This document shows, piece by piece, positions 1 to 9,364 of a stretch of DNA of 64,000 nt (within the stretch, counting starts at the first letter, position 1; each line of letters starts with the position of its first letter). The DNA lies in the NCBI GenBank assembly GCA_041477065.1, contig JBGOUQ010000017.1, positions 3,669 through 67,668 on the forward strand, given 5' to 3'. Made by a program: the position numbers and the translations under genes. The stretch comes from Gemmatimonadota bacterium (GTDB taxonomy: Bacteria; Gemmatimonadota; Gemmatimonadetes; Gemmatimonadales; GWC2-71-9). The notes under the pieces were generated by a model that was not told the DNA's origin, did not search any database, and was given only the letters and a program-made list of their open reading frames with translations.

Positions 1-319
1 CGGAGGCGATTTCGTTCTTCGCGGAGTTGCTCAGCACCAGTTGAAGGTCCGTGCAGTCATTGTCGCACACCCCGATCACCACGTAGGAGACGCCGCCTTC
101 GAGCCTGACCGGGAACGATGCGGACTCCTCGCCGTTGAGAGAGCCGATGCGTGGAGGGGTCGTTCCTGGCCCCGCGTCCTTCACGCCGAGCGCCGAGGTA
201 GCGCGGCGCAACTGCTCCCGGACCTGTTGCGACCAATGCGGAGTCTGCGGGTGCGCCGGCGCGGCCGCCGCGAGGGCGAGTGCGAGTCCGCCGACGCCCA
301 GCACCCCGGCCCGACTCAT
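1..319 (-). CDS. hypothetical exported protein, 3' end outside window
   Basis: Not in the ORF track because there is no stop in the window. Manual translation from ATG (319-317): MSRAGVLGVGGLALALAAAAPAHPQTPHWSQQVREQL...VSYVVIGVCDNDCTDLQLVLSNSAKNEIAS. Signal-peptide-like N-terminus and G/C-rich third positions. ATGA overlap with the stop of the upstream gene (316-318). Confidence 0.55.
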   Translation of the reverse strand, partial: MSRAGVLGVGGLALALAAAAPAHPQTPHWSQQVREQLRRATSALGVKDAGPGTTPPRIGSLNGEESASFPVRLEGGVSYVVIGVCDNDCTDLQLVLSNSAKNEIAS

Positions 320-1497
320 CGGACCTGCCGCCGCCGAGCGGCGAGCGCGACGATGGCCACGGCCGAGCCGCCCAGCAGCAGGGCGAGTAGAGCGGCGCTG
401 GCCGGCGCGGTGGGGCCGAGCGGCAGTCTGGGGACGAACCGCCGCTCCCATCGAGCGGTCCATTCGCCCACCGGCATCTCGAGCGCCGCCGCGAGCGCGG
501 TGTCCACCGGCTCCGGGGAGTTCCAGAACCGGAGGAACCGCTCGCGGCCGACGTCGCGCGCCACGTCCGCGAGGTAGCGCTCGCCGGGCACCAACCCCTG
601 CCGCTGCCACCAGCGGCGCACCGGCGTCACCACCCGAGGGAGGGAATCGTCGAGGTTGCCGCGCATGCCCTCTAGCACCGCCTCCCGGCATCCACTCGGC
701 CTCCCGCCGAGACAGGCCACCGTGGTGGCGGGGAATCCATAGATCGTCTCCCACCACCAGCCCCCGGTGCGAAAGTCCCTCAGCCACCAGAACGCCTGCT
801 GAGATCCTCCCGGTCGAATCCAATCGGGCAACATGGCGAGATCGAAGTTGCGCCGGGCGAGCCAACGGCGGACCGGCTTCCCCGGATTGCCGTAGGCGGC
901 GTAGAAGGCGCACGGCCCCAGGGCCCCCTTGAGCCACTCGCGGAATCGCGGGTCCCGCTCCAGCCGCCGCCTCTGCAGGTTGATCGTCCAGTAACCGGCG
1001 GGGATGAAGACGGCGCACGTCGTCCGGTCGGTGGAATCCGGGAGCAGGTACGACGGATCACCGCCGAGCTGCTCGGCGGGCGCGAGCCGATACGTCCCGG
1101 GCCGCGGCACCGCGAACACCACGACGACTCCCACTTTCGTCGCGCCGAGGCCCACCTGCCGCCAAACGGTATCCATTGCCGCCGTCAACAGCGGGCGTAG
1201 CAGCGACGCGATCGAGTCGGGGCCGTCTACGACGACGGTCGGCAGGTCCTCTGCCATCCGGGAGTCCGGCCATTCGCCGTCATGCGTCGCCCGCAGCAGC
1301 GTCATGGCCGCCTGGGTGGCGCGCCACTGCAAGGCGAGGTCCTGGGCACGCAGCCGCGCCGGTGTCAACTGCGGCACCCGCATACGAAACCGCGACTCGC
1401 GCTCGGTGACCCCGCCCCGCGGGGGTAGATACCCGACCGCGACGATCGCACACGCCCCGAGGGCGACGGCGATCCAGCGTCTCACGCCACGCGCCAT
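316..1497 (-). CDS. hypothetical membrane-anchored protein (Trp-rich; hydrophobic segments at both termini)
   Basis: ORF 316..1614. Preferred start is ATG 1497 (MARGVRRWIAVALGACAIVAVGYL...). C-terminus is ...LPLGPTAPASAALLALLLGGSAVAIVALAARRRQVR. No family recognised. Confidence 0.55.
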   Translation of the reverse strand: MARGVRRWIAVALGACAIVAVGYLPPRGGVTERESRFRMRVPQLTPARLRAQDLALQWRATQAAMTLLRATHDGEWPDSRMAEDLPTVVVDGPDSIASLLRPLLTAAMDTVWRQVGLGATKVGVVVVFAVPRPGTYRLAPAEQLGGDPSYLLPDSTDRTTCAVFIPAGYWTINLQRRRLERDPRFREWLKGALGPCAFYAAYGNPGKPVRRWLARRNFDLAMLPDWIRPGGSQQAFWWLRDFRTGGWWWETIYGFPATTVACLGGRPSGCREAVLEGMRGNLDDSLPRVVTPVRRWWQRQGLVPGERYLADVARDVGRERFLRFWNSPEPVDTALAAALEMPVGEWTARWERRFVPRLPLGPTAPASAALLALLLGGSAVAIVALAARRRQVR

Positions 1498-2549
1498 CGG
1501 GAGCTCCGCAGGCCGCATCCGGCGAAGATCGCCATCCAGCTGAGCGCAACGAAGCACGCCCACAGCGGCATCACCACCGGCGCCGGTCGCGCCGCCAGGA
1601 TCGCCGCGCGCCACCTGGCCACGAGCGAGTCGCGGCCCAACCCCGCCGCGGCCGAGAGGCGCGCTCCGAGCGTCGCGGCGGGATCGGCGAGCAGCCGGCG
1701 GTACGCGTCCCGGCCCCCCAGCCGCAGCGCGAGGTGCACCAGCGTGGCCCGGGCATCGAACCCGAGGGGGCGCGGAAGCGCGCCGCTCGGCAGGGACCGG
1801 AGCAGCCCGGTGCAGGCGGAATCACCGCCCGCGGCGCAGCCACGGTACGCGGCGGCGTTGGCTCCATGGTTGAAGAAGTCGGCGAAGTCCGTCGTAACCA
1901 AGGAGCGTCGCTCGGCGGCGCTCGGATACCACGCTTCCAAAGCGGCCGATCCCTCGAGGTCCAGGGCTGTGGCGCAGCTCGGCACCTGCCCCAGGAAACA
2001 CGCGCGGGCTGCCTGCGACGGGGCCGTGACGAGCTGCACGTACACACCCGAGCGATCCTGCTCCGTGCGGACCGACGGCCGCACCGATCCGCCCAGCCAC
2101 AGCTGGAGGGCCGGGTCGGGCTGGGCGATCGGCACGTTGGAGACGAGCAGCATCGTAAGCGCCGCGGTGCTCATGTTCCAAGGAATCTCCATCCCGACGT
2201 GGAGCACGCCGCGCCGGACATTGGTATCGGGATCGAAGGCGTGGATGATGTACGGGTGCGCGACGAGGTTCGCCGCTGCCGTGCCGTAGAGGCTGTCGAT
2301 GACCGGCCAGGCCCCCTGCGCGGCCTCGCGCAAGGGCAGCGGCGAGGGATTGGCGACGATCCGCAGTGCGCCGACGGCGATCGTGTCCCGCCCCGCACCC
2401 GCGCGCTCGCGCTCCAGGCTGTCCACCAGGTCGGCGATCGCGTTGGCCTGGCGCCACTCGCGGGCGAGGCTGTCGGCGCGGTGGCGCAGGCGGGCGAGGC
2501 CGGTGTCTTGCGGAGCCAGCAGGGCGAGCGCCAACGCGAGGCTAAACAT
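1482..2549 (-). CDS. hypothetical exported protein with C-terminal hydrophobic anchor
   Basis: ORF 1482..2549. N-terminus MFSLALALALLAPQDTG is signal-like. C-terminus is ...VVMPLWACFVALSWMAIFAGCGLRSSRWRVA. 8-nt overlap with the upstream permease stop. No family recognised. Confidence 0.55.
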   Translation of the reverse strand: MFSLALALALLAPQDTGLARLRHRADSLAREWRQANAIADLVDSLERERAGAGRDTIAVGALRIVANPSPLPLREAAQGAWPVIDSLYGTAAANLVAHPYIIHAFDPDTNVRRGVLHVGMEIPWNMSTAALTMLLVSNVPIAQPDPALQLWLGGSVRPSVRTEQDRSGVYVQLVTAPSQAARACFLGQVPSCATALDLEGSAALEAWYPSAAERRSLVTTDFADFFNHGANAAAYRGCAAGGDSACTGLLRSLPSGALPRPLGFDARATLVHLALRLGGRDAYRRLLADPAATLGARLSAAAGLGRDSLVARWRAAILAARPAPVVMPLWACFVALSWMAIFAGCGLRSSRWRVA

Positions 2550-3198
2550 CGACCAGCATCCACCGGCCTGTGAATACCGCGAGGGGACCCGGCCAATTGA
2601 GGATGACCAGCTGCAGCTTGCCCAGCAGGTCCAGCTCGATGTTCGCGACGCTCGCGACGATCTGGACGACGATGATCGCGCCGATCACGCCGAGGATGAT
2701 CCCCGCCGTTCGGGCCGTGCCCGCGGAGACCGCGAAGAACACGGCGTAGGACACGAGCACGGCCATGGCGAACCGCAGCCCGAGCGCGAGGGGGTAGCTC
2801 TGGAGACCGGGCGGAATGGAGGCCATGGAGGTGGCGAGCAAGGCGCCGATGAACACCGCGAGTATCGGCGCGGCGAGCAGGGTCACCCCGCTGCCAAAGC
2901 GCAGCAGGACGTAGTGCCACCGGGGCAGCGGCAGGCTGAGCGCGTGGACGTGCCGGCCGCGATGGTCGGGGGCCCAGGTGGCGATCGCGACCAGCAGGCC
3001 GAGCGCCGCCGCGAGCACGGGATAGAGCGTGCCCCACGACTGCACCGCGCGCAGCAGCTCCTGAGCCTGCAAGGGACTCCGCTCGGCCGACCCCGCGCCT
3101 TGCAGGGAAATGATCGGCAGGGCGAATCCCGCCACCGTGCCGAGCAGGATGATCAACCGCGACCACTTCCACTGGCTGTAGAGTATCGCGCGGAACAT
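2542..3198 (-). CDS. integral membrane permease partner of the ABC ATPase (family not recognised)
   Basis: Within ORF 2542..3507. Start ATG 3198 (MFRAILYSQWKWSRLIILLGTVAGFALP...). Several hydrophobic segments. TGATG junction with the ATPase stop. Confidence 0.6.
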   Translation of the reverse strand: MFRAILYSQWKWSRLIILLGTVAGFALPIISLQGAGSAERSPLQAQELLRAVQSWGTLYPVLAAALGLLVAIATWAPDHRGRHVHALSLPLPRWHYVLLRFGSGVTLLAAPILAVFIGALLATSMASIPPGLQSYPLALGLRFAMAVLVSYAVFFAVSAGTARTAGIILGVIGAIIVVQIVASVANIELDLLGKLQLVILNWPGPLAVFTGRWMLVDV

Positions 3199-4103
3199 CA
3201 GGCCTCCTCGCGTCGCGGTCCCCGGAACGTGCGCAGCAGCTCGACGAAGCCGTCCTCCAGATCCAGATCGATCACGTCCAGCAGCGACGCACCGATGCCG
3301 TCGAACCAGGACGCCATCCGCGGCTCCCAGTCGCGGACGAGCCAGGTTTCGGCGGACCCGTTGGCCGGCTCGCGGCCGAGGACCACGAAAGGCGGCTGGC
3401 CGAGCTGCGCCGGCGCGCCGACGACGCGCAGCCGTTTGGTGCCGTTCTTGAGCTGTTCCATCGGCACCTCGGTGACGAGCCGGCCGTCGTCCATCACCGC
3501 GACCCAATCGCAGATCCGCTCGAGCTCGTGGACCAGGTGGCTCGAGATGAAGACGGTGGCCTTCCGCTGGGAGACGTATTCGAGCAGTGCGGCCAGGATG
3601 TCCCGCCGGACGACGGGATCGAGCCCGTCAGTCGGCTCGTCCAGCACCAGCAGGTCCCCCCGCTGCGCCAGCGCGAGCAGGATCATGAGCTTCGCTTTCT
3701 GGCCCTTGGAGAGCCGCCCGAACAGCCGGTGCTCATCGAGCTGAAACTGCCGCAGCAGCTGCTCCGCCCGGGACCAGTCCCAGGTCGGGTAGAAAGCGGC
3801 CTGGAAGCGCAGCGTCTCGCGCACGGTGAGCGTCGGATCGAGATGCGGCTGCTCGGGGACATAGCCCACGCGGGCGAGGATACGGGCCGCGCCGGCCGGC
3901 ATCCCGGCGCCGAGCACGGTGATGCGACCACGGACGGGCCGGAGGAGGCCGAGCACGAGGCGGATCGTGGTGGTCTTGCCGGAGCCGTTGGGGCCGAGGA
4001 AGCCGTAGATCGACCCGGCGGGGACGTGCAGGTCGAGGTCACCGATCTCGAAGCCCTTCCCCGGGCGGTAGTTCAGGTGCTCGATCTCGATCGCGTAGCT
4101 CAT
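3198..4103 (-). CDS. ABC transporter ATP-binding protein
   Basis: Walker A GPNGSGKTT, signature LSKGQKAK, Walker B LLVLDEPTDGLD. Confidence 0.9.
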   Translation of the reverse strand: MSYAIEIEHLNYRPGKGFEIGDLDLHVPAGSIYGFLGPNGSGKTTTIRLVLGLLRPVRGRITVLGAGMPAGAARILARVGYVPEQPHLDPTLTVRETLRFQAAFYPTWDWSRAEQLLRQFQLDEHRLFGRLSKGQKAKLMILLALAQRGDLLVLDEPTDGLDPVVRRDILAALLEYVSQRKATVFISSHLVHELERICDWVAVMDDGRLVTEVPMEQLKNGTKRLRVVGAPAQLGQPPFVVLGREPANGSAETWLVRDWEPRMASWFDGIGASLLDVIDLDLEDGFVELLRTFRGPRREEA

Positions 4104-4480
4104 CAGGTCTTCACTCCGATCTCTTCCTCGATCGCCGTCTGCAATTCGGCCAGGGACACGCCGCGGCGCCGCGCGTCGGCGAGCAGCGCCCGCACCAGTG
4201 CGGTCGCCTGGCGGGAGCGCTCCCGGGCGCGGCGGCCGGGCGCGAGCTCCCGCACGAACGTGCCGGCGCCGTGACGGATTTCCACGAATCCGTCGGATTC
4301 CAGATCCCGATAGGCCTGCACGACGGTGGCCGGGTTGACGCGCAGCTCCGCCGCGAGCTGGCGCACCGACGGCAGCGCGTCGGCGGGGCGCAGCTCGCCC
4401 GCCGCGATCGCGACTTTGAGCCGGGAGGCGATCTGCGCGTACAACGGCGTGGAACTGCGGGGATCGATTCGCTCGAACAC
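4103..4480 (-). CDS. GntR-family transcriptional regulator, short YtrA-like type
   Basis: 125 aa. Winged-HTH region PLYAQIASRLKVAIAAGELRPADALPSVRQLAAELRVNPATVVQAYRDLESDGFVEIRHGAGTFV. GTG start. Directly upstream of the ABC ATPase/permease pair. Confidence 0.85.
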   Translation of the reverse strand: MFERIDPRSSTPLYAQIASRLKVAIAAGELRPADALPSVRQLAAELRVNPATVVQAYRDLESDGFVEIRHGAGTFVRELAPGRRARERSRQATALVRALLADARRRGVSLAELQTAIEEEIGVKT

Positions 4481-4500
4481 GCGGTGACGGCCTGTGTGTT

Positions 4501-4516
4501 ACTGTGCTAATACAGT
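4501..4516. promoter_or_regulatory. candidate operator: inverted repeat ACTGT-N6-ACAGT upstream of the GntR operon
   Basis: actgtGCTAATacagt lies 21-36 nt upstream of the GntR GTG start, in the 56-nt gap to yjbQ. It is the only AT-rich palindrome in that gap. Confidence 0.3.
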
Positions 4517-4536
4517 GGCAGTCACTCCGGGCGCTG

Positions 4537-4956
4537 TCAAGTCCCCAGGACCTTGATGATCACCCGCTTGCGGCGCTGGCCGTCCCATTCCCCGTAGAAC
4601 ACCCGCTGCCACGGGCCGAGGTCGAGCTTGCCGGCGGTGATCGGCACGATCACCTCGTGTCCCACCGTCAGGCTGCGCAGATGAGCCGCCGCGTTGTCCT
4701 CTCCCGTTTCGTTGTGGCGGTAGCGCGCCGGCTCCCACGGGGCGACGGTCCCCTCGAGCCAAGTCAGGATGTCCTGCCACAGCCCCGATTCGTGGTCGTT
4801 CACGAACACTGAGGCCGAGATGTGCATCGCGCTCACCAGCACGTAGCCCTCGGCGACCCCACTCTTGCTCACCTGATCCGCCACCTCGTCGGTGACGTCG
4901 ATGATCTCCTGCCGCTGTTTGGTGTTGAACCAGAGATAGTGAGTCAGCGTCTTCAT
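4537..4956 (-). CDS. YjbQ/UPF0047 family protein (secondary thiamine-phosphate synthase-like)
   Basis: 139 aa. [25 protein letters not shown]...[25 protein letters not shown]...[33 protein letters not shown] is typical of the family. Confidence 0.8.
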   Translation of the reverse strand: MKTLTHYLWFNTKQRQEIIDVTDEVADQVSKSGVAEGYVLVSAMHISASVFVNDHESGLWQDILTWLEGTVAPWEPARYRHNETGEDNAAAHLRSLTVGHEVIVPITAGKLDLGPWQRVFYGEWDGQRRKRVIIKVLGT

Positions 4957-5015
4957 GAGCTGCCCCTGTGTCGAATTGTCTCACCCAGGCTTTGGCCCTA
5001 GATTGCGGCAACAAT

Positions 5016-6206
5016 ATGCTCCTTCCGTTCCGCCGGCGAATCTTCGCCATCCTCGTCGCCATGGCCGCGGTCCCCACGACCCTGGCGGTCGTCGGGTGGG
5101 TGCTCTCGGTGCGGGCGGTGGCGCCGGCGGCGGGCGCGCGGGCTTCGCTCGAGCAGGTGAATGCGTCGGCCCGGGCCATGCTCCAGCGGGTGGACACAAC
5201 GCGGTTGTCCGCCGGCGCCCGGGTGGCGGTACGGCGGCACCTCGAGGAGATCTCCAACTCGGTGAGCCTAGCACGGCGCGCGGACGCCTACCTGCAGTAC
5301 TACTCCGCCGGTTTCGCCATCGTGATCGTGGGGCTCGGGGCCCTGGTGCTGTTCTCGGCGGTGCGCGTGGCGGGCCACTTGTCGCGCCAGCTCTCGCGAC
5401 CGATCGACGAGCTCGTGGGGTGGACGCAGCTCATCACCGTGCGTGAGCCGCTGCCCGCCGGGACCGCGGCGCGCGGCGCGCCCGAGTTCGAGTCGCTGCG
5501 CCGGGCGTTGCGCGATCTCGCCGGCGCCCTGGACGCGGCGCGGGAGCGCGAGCTCGAGGCCGAGCGACTCCGCGCCTTCCGGGAAGTGGCGCGGCGCGTG
5601 GCGCACGAGATCAAGAACCCGCTCACCTCGATGCGAATCGCGGTGGATCAGCTCAGCCGGACCGTGGGACCGTCGGACACTCGGGCGGGGACCGCGGTGG
5701 AAGTGATGACGGCGGAGACCGACCGCCTGGAGCGGCTGGCCAGGGAATTCGCGGACTTCGGGCGGATGCCGGAGGGGCCCCAAAGCGAGATCGATCTCCA
5801 CGAGCTGCTCGAGGAGCTGGGCCGGACCGCCGTCCCCCCGGAGGTGACGGTCCGGCTCACCGCCAACGGCGGGCGGCGCATCGTGAAGGGACACTACGAG
5901 GCGCTGCGGCGCGCCTTCGCCAATCTGCTCCGCAACGCGGCCGAGGCGATGCAGGGTCGCGGGACGATCGACGTGGACCTGGCGGGCGACTCCCGCGGTC
6001 TGCTCGTCACGATCGCCGACCACGGTCCCGGGATCCCGTCCGAGCTGCGCCAGCGGGTATTCGAGCCGTACTTCACGACCAAGCAGGACGGGACGGGTCT
6101 CGGCCTCGCGCTGGTGCGGCAGGCCCTGGAAGCGCACCGGGGCACGGTGCGGGTATCGGAGACGCCGGGCGGCGGCGCCACCTTTTCGATCGTGTTCGCA
6201 ACGTGA
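5016..6206 (+). CDS. sensor histidine kinase (NtrY/AtoS-like: 2 TM, HAMP, HisKA, HATPase)
   Basis: ORF 4968..6206. Preferred ATG 5016 (MLLPFRRRIFAILVAMAAVPTTLAVVGW); GTG 4968 is an alternative. H-box VAHEIKNPLTSM. G-boxes DHGPGIP and GTGLGLALV. Confidence 0.85.
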   Translation: MLLPFRRRIFAILVAMAAVPTTLAVVGWVLSVRAVAPAAGARASLEQVNASARAMLQRVDTTRLSAGARVAVRRHLEEISNSVSLARRADAYLQYYSAGFAIVIVGLGALVLFSAVRVAGHLSRQLSRPIDELVGWTQLITVREPLPAGTAARGAPEFESLRRALRDLAGALDAARERELEAERLRAFREVARRVAHEIKNPLTSMRIAVDQLSRTVGPSDTRAGTAVEVMTAETDRLERLAREFADFGRMPEGPQSEIDLHELLEELGRTAVPPEVTVRLTANGGRRIVKGHYEALRRAFANLLRNAAEAMQGRGTIDVDLAGDSRGLLVTIADHGPGIPSELRQRVFEPYFTTKQDGTGLGLALVRQALEAHRGTVRVSETPGGGATFSIVFAT

Positions 6207-7588
6207 GCCCGCGCGTCCTGCTGGTCGACGACGAGGCCAACATCCGCCGGATGGTCGGCGCGCTGCTGCAATCCGAGGGGTTCGAAACCTCAGAAGCGGC
6301 GAACGGCACCGCGGCCCTGGCGGCGGTCGAGGCGGGGCCGCCCGACGCGGTCTTGCTGGACCTGATGATGCCGCCCGGGCCCGACGGGCTCACCACGCTG
6401 GAGCAGCTCAAGCGCCGGGCGCCGGACCTGCCGGTCATCATGATGAGCGGCAAGGCCAATCTCGCGGACGCCGTGCGCGCCACCAAACTGGGCGCGTTCC
6501 AGTTCCTCGAGAAGCCGCTCACTCCCGAGGGCGTGCTGGTGGCGATTCGCAGCGCGCTGGAGCTCTCCCGCGCGCTACAACAGAACCGCCGGCTGCACGA
6601 AGCGCTGGGCCACAGCGATCCGCTCGTCGGCGTGAGCCGGGCCATGGACGAGCTGCGGGGGCTCATCGCCCGTATCGCCCCCACCGAGTCCCGGGTGCTC
6701 ATCACCGGCGAATCGGGCACCGGCAAGGAGTTGGTGGCGTCGGCGATTCACCGGCAGAGCGCCCGGGCCGCCAAGGCGTTCGTGACGGTGAACAGCGCCG
6801 CGATCCCGCGCGACCTGGTCGAGTCGGAGATGTTCGGGCACGAGCGCGGCGCCTTCACCGGCGCCACCGAGCGGCGGCTGGGCCGGTTCGAGCTGGCCGA
6901 CGAGGGCACGCTGTTCCTCGACGAGGTCGGCGATCTCGGACCCGACGCGCAGGCCAAACTGCTGCGCGTGCTCGAAGGCGGCGTGATCGAGCGGCTGGGC
7001 GGGGAGCGGCCGATTCAGGTGAACGTCCGCGTGATCGCCGCGACCAACAAGGACTTGACCAAGGCCGCCCAGGAAGGCCGGTTCCGGGAAGATCTGCTGT
7101 TCCGGCTCAACGTGCTCCCCATCCATATTCCGCCGCTGCGCGAGCGGCCCGAGGACGTCCCGCCGCTGGTGCGCCATCTCGCGACGCGCCAGGCGGGGCG
7201 ACTGGGCCGTCCGGTTGCGCTCGATCCCGGGGCGCTGCAGCTGCTCGGCGCCTACCCTTGGCCCGGCAACGTGCGCGAGCTGGCGAACATCGTGGAGCGC
7301 CTCACGATCCTCGCGGCCGGTCCGACCATCACCGCGGACGACGTCGCCCGCGTCCTCCCGCTGGATGGCCGGACCACTCCGCTCGGTGCGGCCGCGGACA
7401 CTGTGTGGACCGACGTCGCGCTCGCTGACGCCCTGGACCAGTACGAGCGCACCTTGATCGCCCGCGCCCTATCGATCGCGCAGGGAAATGTGGCCGAAGC
7501 GGCGCGGCGGCTCGCCACCGACCGGGCCAACCTCTATCGGCGGATGCGGCGGCTCGGTCTCGAGCCCCCGCGCAACACGGCGGGATGA
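6203..7588 (+). CDS. sigma-54-dependent response regulator (NtrC/NtrX-like)
   Basis: Receiver (VLLVDDE...LLDLMMP), AAA+ sigma-54 interaction domain (GESGTGKE, GAFTGA, LFLDEVG), C-terminal Fis-type HTH. GTGA overlap with the kinase stop. Confidence 0.9.
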   Translation: MSPRVLLVDDEANIRRMVGALLQSEGFETSEAANGTAALAAVEAGPPDAVLLDLMMPPGPDGLTTLEQLKRRAPDLPVIMMSGKANLADAVRATKLGAFQFLEKPLTPEGVLVAIRSALELSRALQQNRRLHEALGHSDPLVGVSRAMDELRGLIARIAPTESRVLITGESGTGKELVASAIHRQSARAAKAFVTVNSAAIPRDLVESEMFGHERGAFTGATERRLGRFELADEGTLFLDEVGDLGPDAQAKLLRVLEGGVIERLGGERPIQVNVRVIAATNKDLTKAAQEGRFREDLLFRLNVLPIHIPPLRERPEDVPPLVRHLATRQAGRLGRPVALDPGALQLLGAYPWPGNVRELANIVERLTILAAGPTITADDVARVLPLDGRTTPLGAAADTVWTDVALADALDQYERTLIARALSIAQGNVAEAARRLATDRANLYRRMRRLGLEPPRNTAG

Positions 7589-9363
7589 CACCCGCGGCTC
7601 CAACCCAGGTACTCCGTATGCGCGCAGCCCTCCTAGTGCTCGGCCTCCTCGCCCCGGCCGCGGTGTCGGCGCAAGACACGGCGATCGTCATCCACCCGGA
7701 GAGCGCGGGCGTCCATTTCACACCGCCCGAGCTGCCACGTCTCGTCGCGGAGGAGGCGATTCGCTTCTACAACGCCGCGGCCACGACGCACCTCACGGGC
7801 CGCACCCGGCTGCCGCGCGGCAACGAGTGGCGCGGCGACGTGGCGATCCGCAACGGACCGGCTCTGATCGGCGGCCGCATCCAGGGCTCGCTCCTCGTGA
7901 TCAACGGCGACGCGATCCTCGAGACGGGAGCGGAAATCACCGGTACGGCGCTGGTCGTGGGCGGCGCAATCAGCCGGGCCCCCGGAGCGACCATCGGCGG
8001 CGAAGCGCGGGAGTACCGCGAGCCGCTCACCTACCGGATCACGCTCGACTCGCTCGCCTACGCCCCGGACCTGCGCCGCCGCTTTCGCACCATCGGCGGG
8101 CAGTACGCCTTCGGCTCCGCCGACAGGCGCTCGGCCCTCACCCTGGCGACCGGCGGCACGTTCAACCGGGTCGAGGGGTTGCCGGTGGTGTTCGGCCCGG
8201 TGTTCGAGTGGCGGGTCCGCGACAAAACGCGACTCCGGCTCGACGCCTTGGGCGTCTTCCGGACGGCGGGGGACCTCACCCGCACCCGCAGCGATCTCGG
8301 GTATCTGGTACGCACCGAGCTGCGCCAGGGCGAATCGCGCCCGGTGAGTCTGCGGTTCCGGGCGTTCGACATCATCACTCCCGTGGAAGACTGGGGCTTC
8401 CACGCCGCTGAGGTTGGCTGGGCGGCCTTCCTGTTCCAGCGCGACTACCGCGATTACTACGTGAACAAGGGGATCGCCGGCGGCGTGGTGGCGCAGATCG
8501 AGGCGCCGCTCTCGGTGAGCCTGGAGCTGCGGCGCGAGCGAGAGACGAGCGTCCTGGCGCAGGATCCGTGGACGGTGTTCCGGAACAAGAAGGCCTGGCG
8601 CCCCAACCCACCCGTGGACGACGGGCACTACACCACCCTCGCGGCCGGCGCCACCCTGGACACACGGAACGACAAGGACAACCCGACCTCAGGCTGGTAC
8701 CTGCGTGGCTCGCTCGAGCACGGCAAGAGTCGCGACGTGACGCCGCAGGCCGGCGTGCCGGCGAACGTGCGGGCCCCCATTCCCACCGACGGCTCCTACC
8801 ACTTCCTGCGCGCCTGGCTCGACCTCCGGCGCTACTCGCGCATCAGCTCGGCGGGACGGCTCAACCTGCGTCTCCTGGCCGGCGGCTGGGCCGGGGGCGA
8901 TCCCCTGCCGCTGCAGCGGCGGCTCAGCTTCGGCGGGCCCGACCCGTTGCCGGGGTACGCCTTCCGCCAGGGGGCGTGCAATCAGAGCATCATCGACCCC
9001 GCGTTTGCCGGCTCGCGGCCGGGGGCGTGCGACCGGGTGGTCCTCGCGCAAGTCGAATACCGGGGCCACATCTCGCTCCACTGGACGTACAACCCCTCGC
9101 GCGAGGAAGGCGAGGGGCGCCCGCTCGAGTCGTTGATCCGGCTAGAGGGGCCGGACCTGGTGGTGTTCGGCGACGCGGGTCAGGGTTGGCTCGTGGGCAA
9201 CGGACCCGGTCGGCTGGCGGCCGGGAAGCTGCCGTCGCTGTCAGGCTGGTTGGCGGATCTCGGCCTGGGAGTGGACTGGGGAGGCTTGGGGCTCTACGCG
9301 GCGAAGGCCGTCACGCTGAGTGAGCCGATCCGCTTCGTCCTCCGGCTCGACCACCGCTTCTAG
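7585..9363 (+). CDS. outer-membrane beta-barrel protein with N-terminal bactofilin-like beta-helix segment
   Basis: Signal peptide (MRAALLVLGLLAPAAVSAQ). GDVAIRNGPALIGGRIQGSLLVINGDAILETGAEITGTALVVGGAISRAPGATIGGEA resembles polymer-forming (bactofilin-type) repeats. C-terminal part is Omp85/surface-antigen-like (LVVFGDAGQGW...) and ends in ...FVLRLDHRF. ATGA overlap with the regulator stop. Confidence 0.6.
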   Translation: MTPAAPTQVLRMRAALLVLGLLAPAAVSAQDTAIVIHPESAGVHFTPPELPRLVAEEAIRFYNAAATTHLTGRTRLPRGNEWRGDVAIRNGPALIGGRIQGSLLVINGDAILETGAEITGTALVVGGAISRAPGATIGGEAREYREPLTYRITLDSLAYAPDLRRRFRTIGGQYAFGSADRRSALTLATGGTFNRVEGLPVVFGPVFEWRVRDKTRLRLDALGVFRTAGDLTRTRSDLGYLVRTELRQGESRPVSLRFRAFDIITPVEDWGFHAAEVGWAAFLFQRDYRDYYVNKGIAGGVVAQIEAPLSVSLELRRERETSVLAQDPWTVFRNKKAWRPNPPVDDGHYTTLAAGATLDTRNDKDNPTSGWYLRGSLEHGKSRDVTPQAGVPANVRAPIPTDGSYHFLRAWLDLRRYSRISSAGRLNLRLLAGGWAGGDPLPLQRRLSFGGPDPLPGYAFRQGACNQSIIDPAFAGSRPGACDRVVLAQVEYRGHISLHWTYNPSREEGEGRPLESLIRLEGPDLVVFGDAGQGWLVGNGPGRLAAGKLPSLSGWLADLGLGVDWGGLGLYAAKAVTLSEPIRFVLRLDHRF

Positions 9364-9364
9364 A

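Noticed and set aside
4993-5006. Sigma-54 promoter-like TGGCCCTAGATTGC just upstream of the histidine kinase gene.
   Set aside because: The GG-to-GC spacing is one nt shorter than the strict -24/-12 consensus (TGGCAC-N5-TTGC). The site would sit only about 10 nt from the ATG. I found no convincing sigma-54 promoter in the window despite its two activators.
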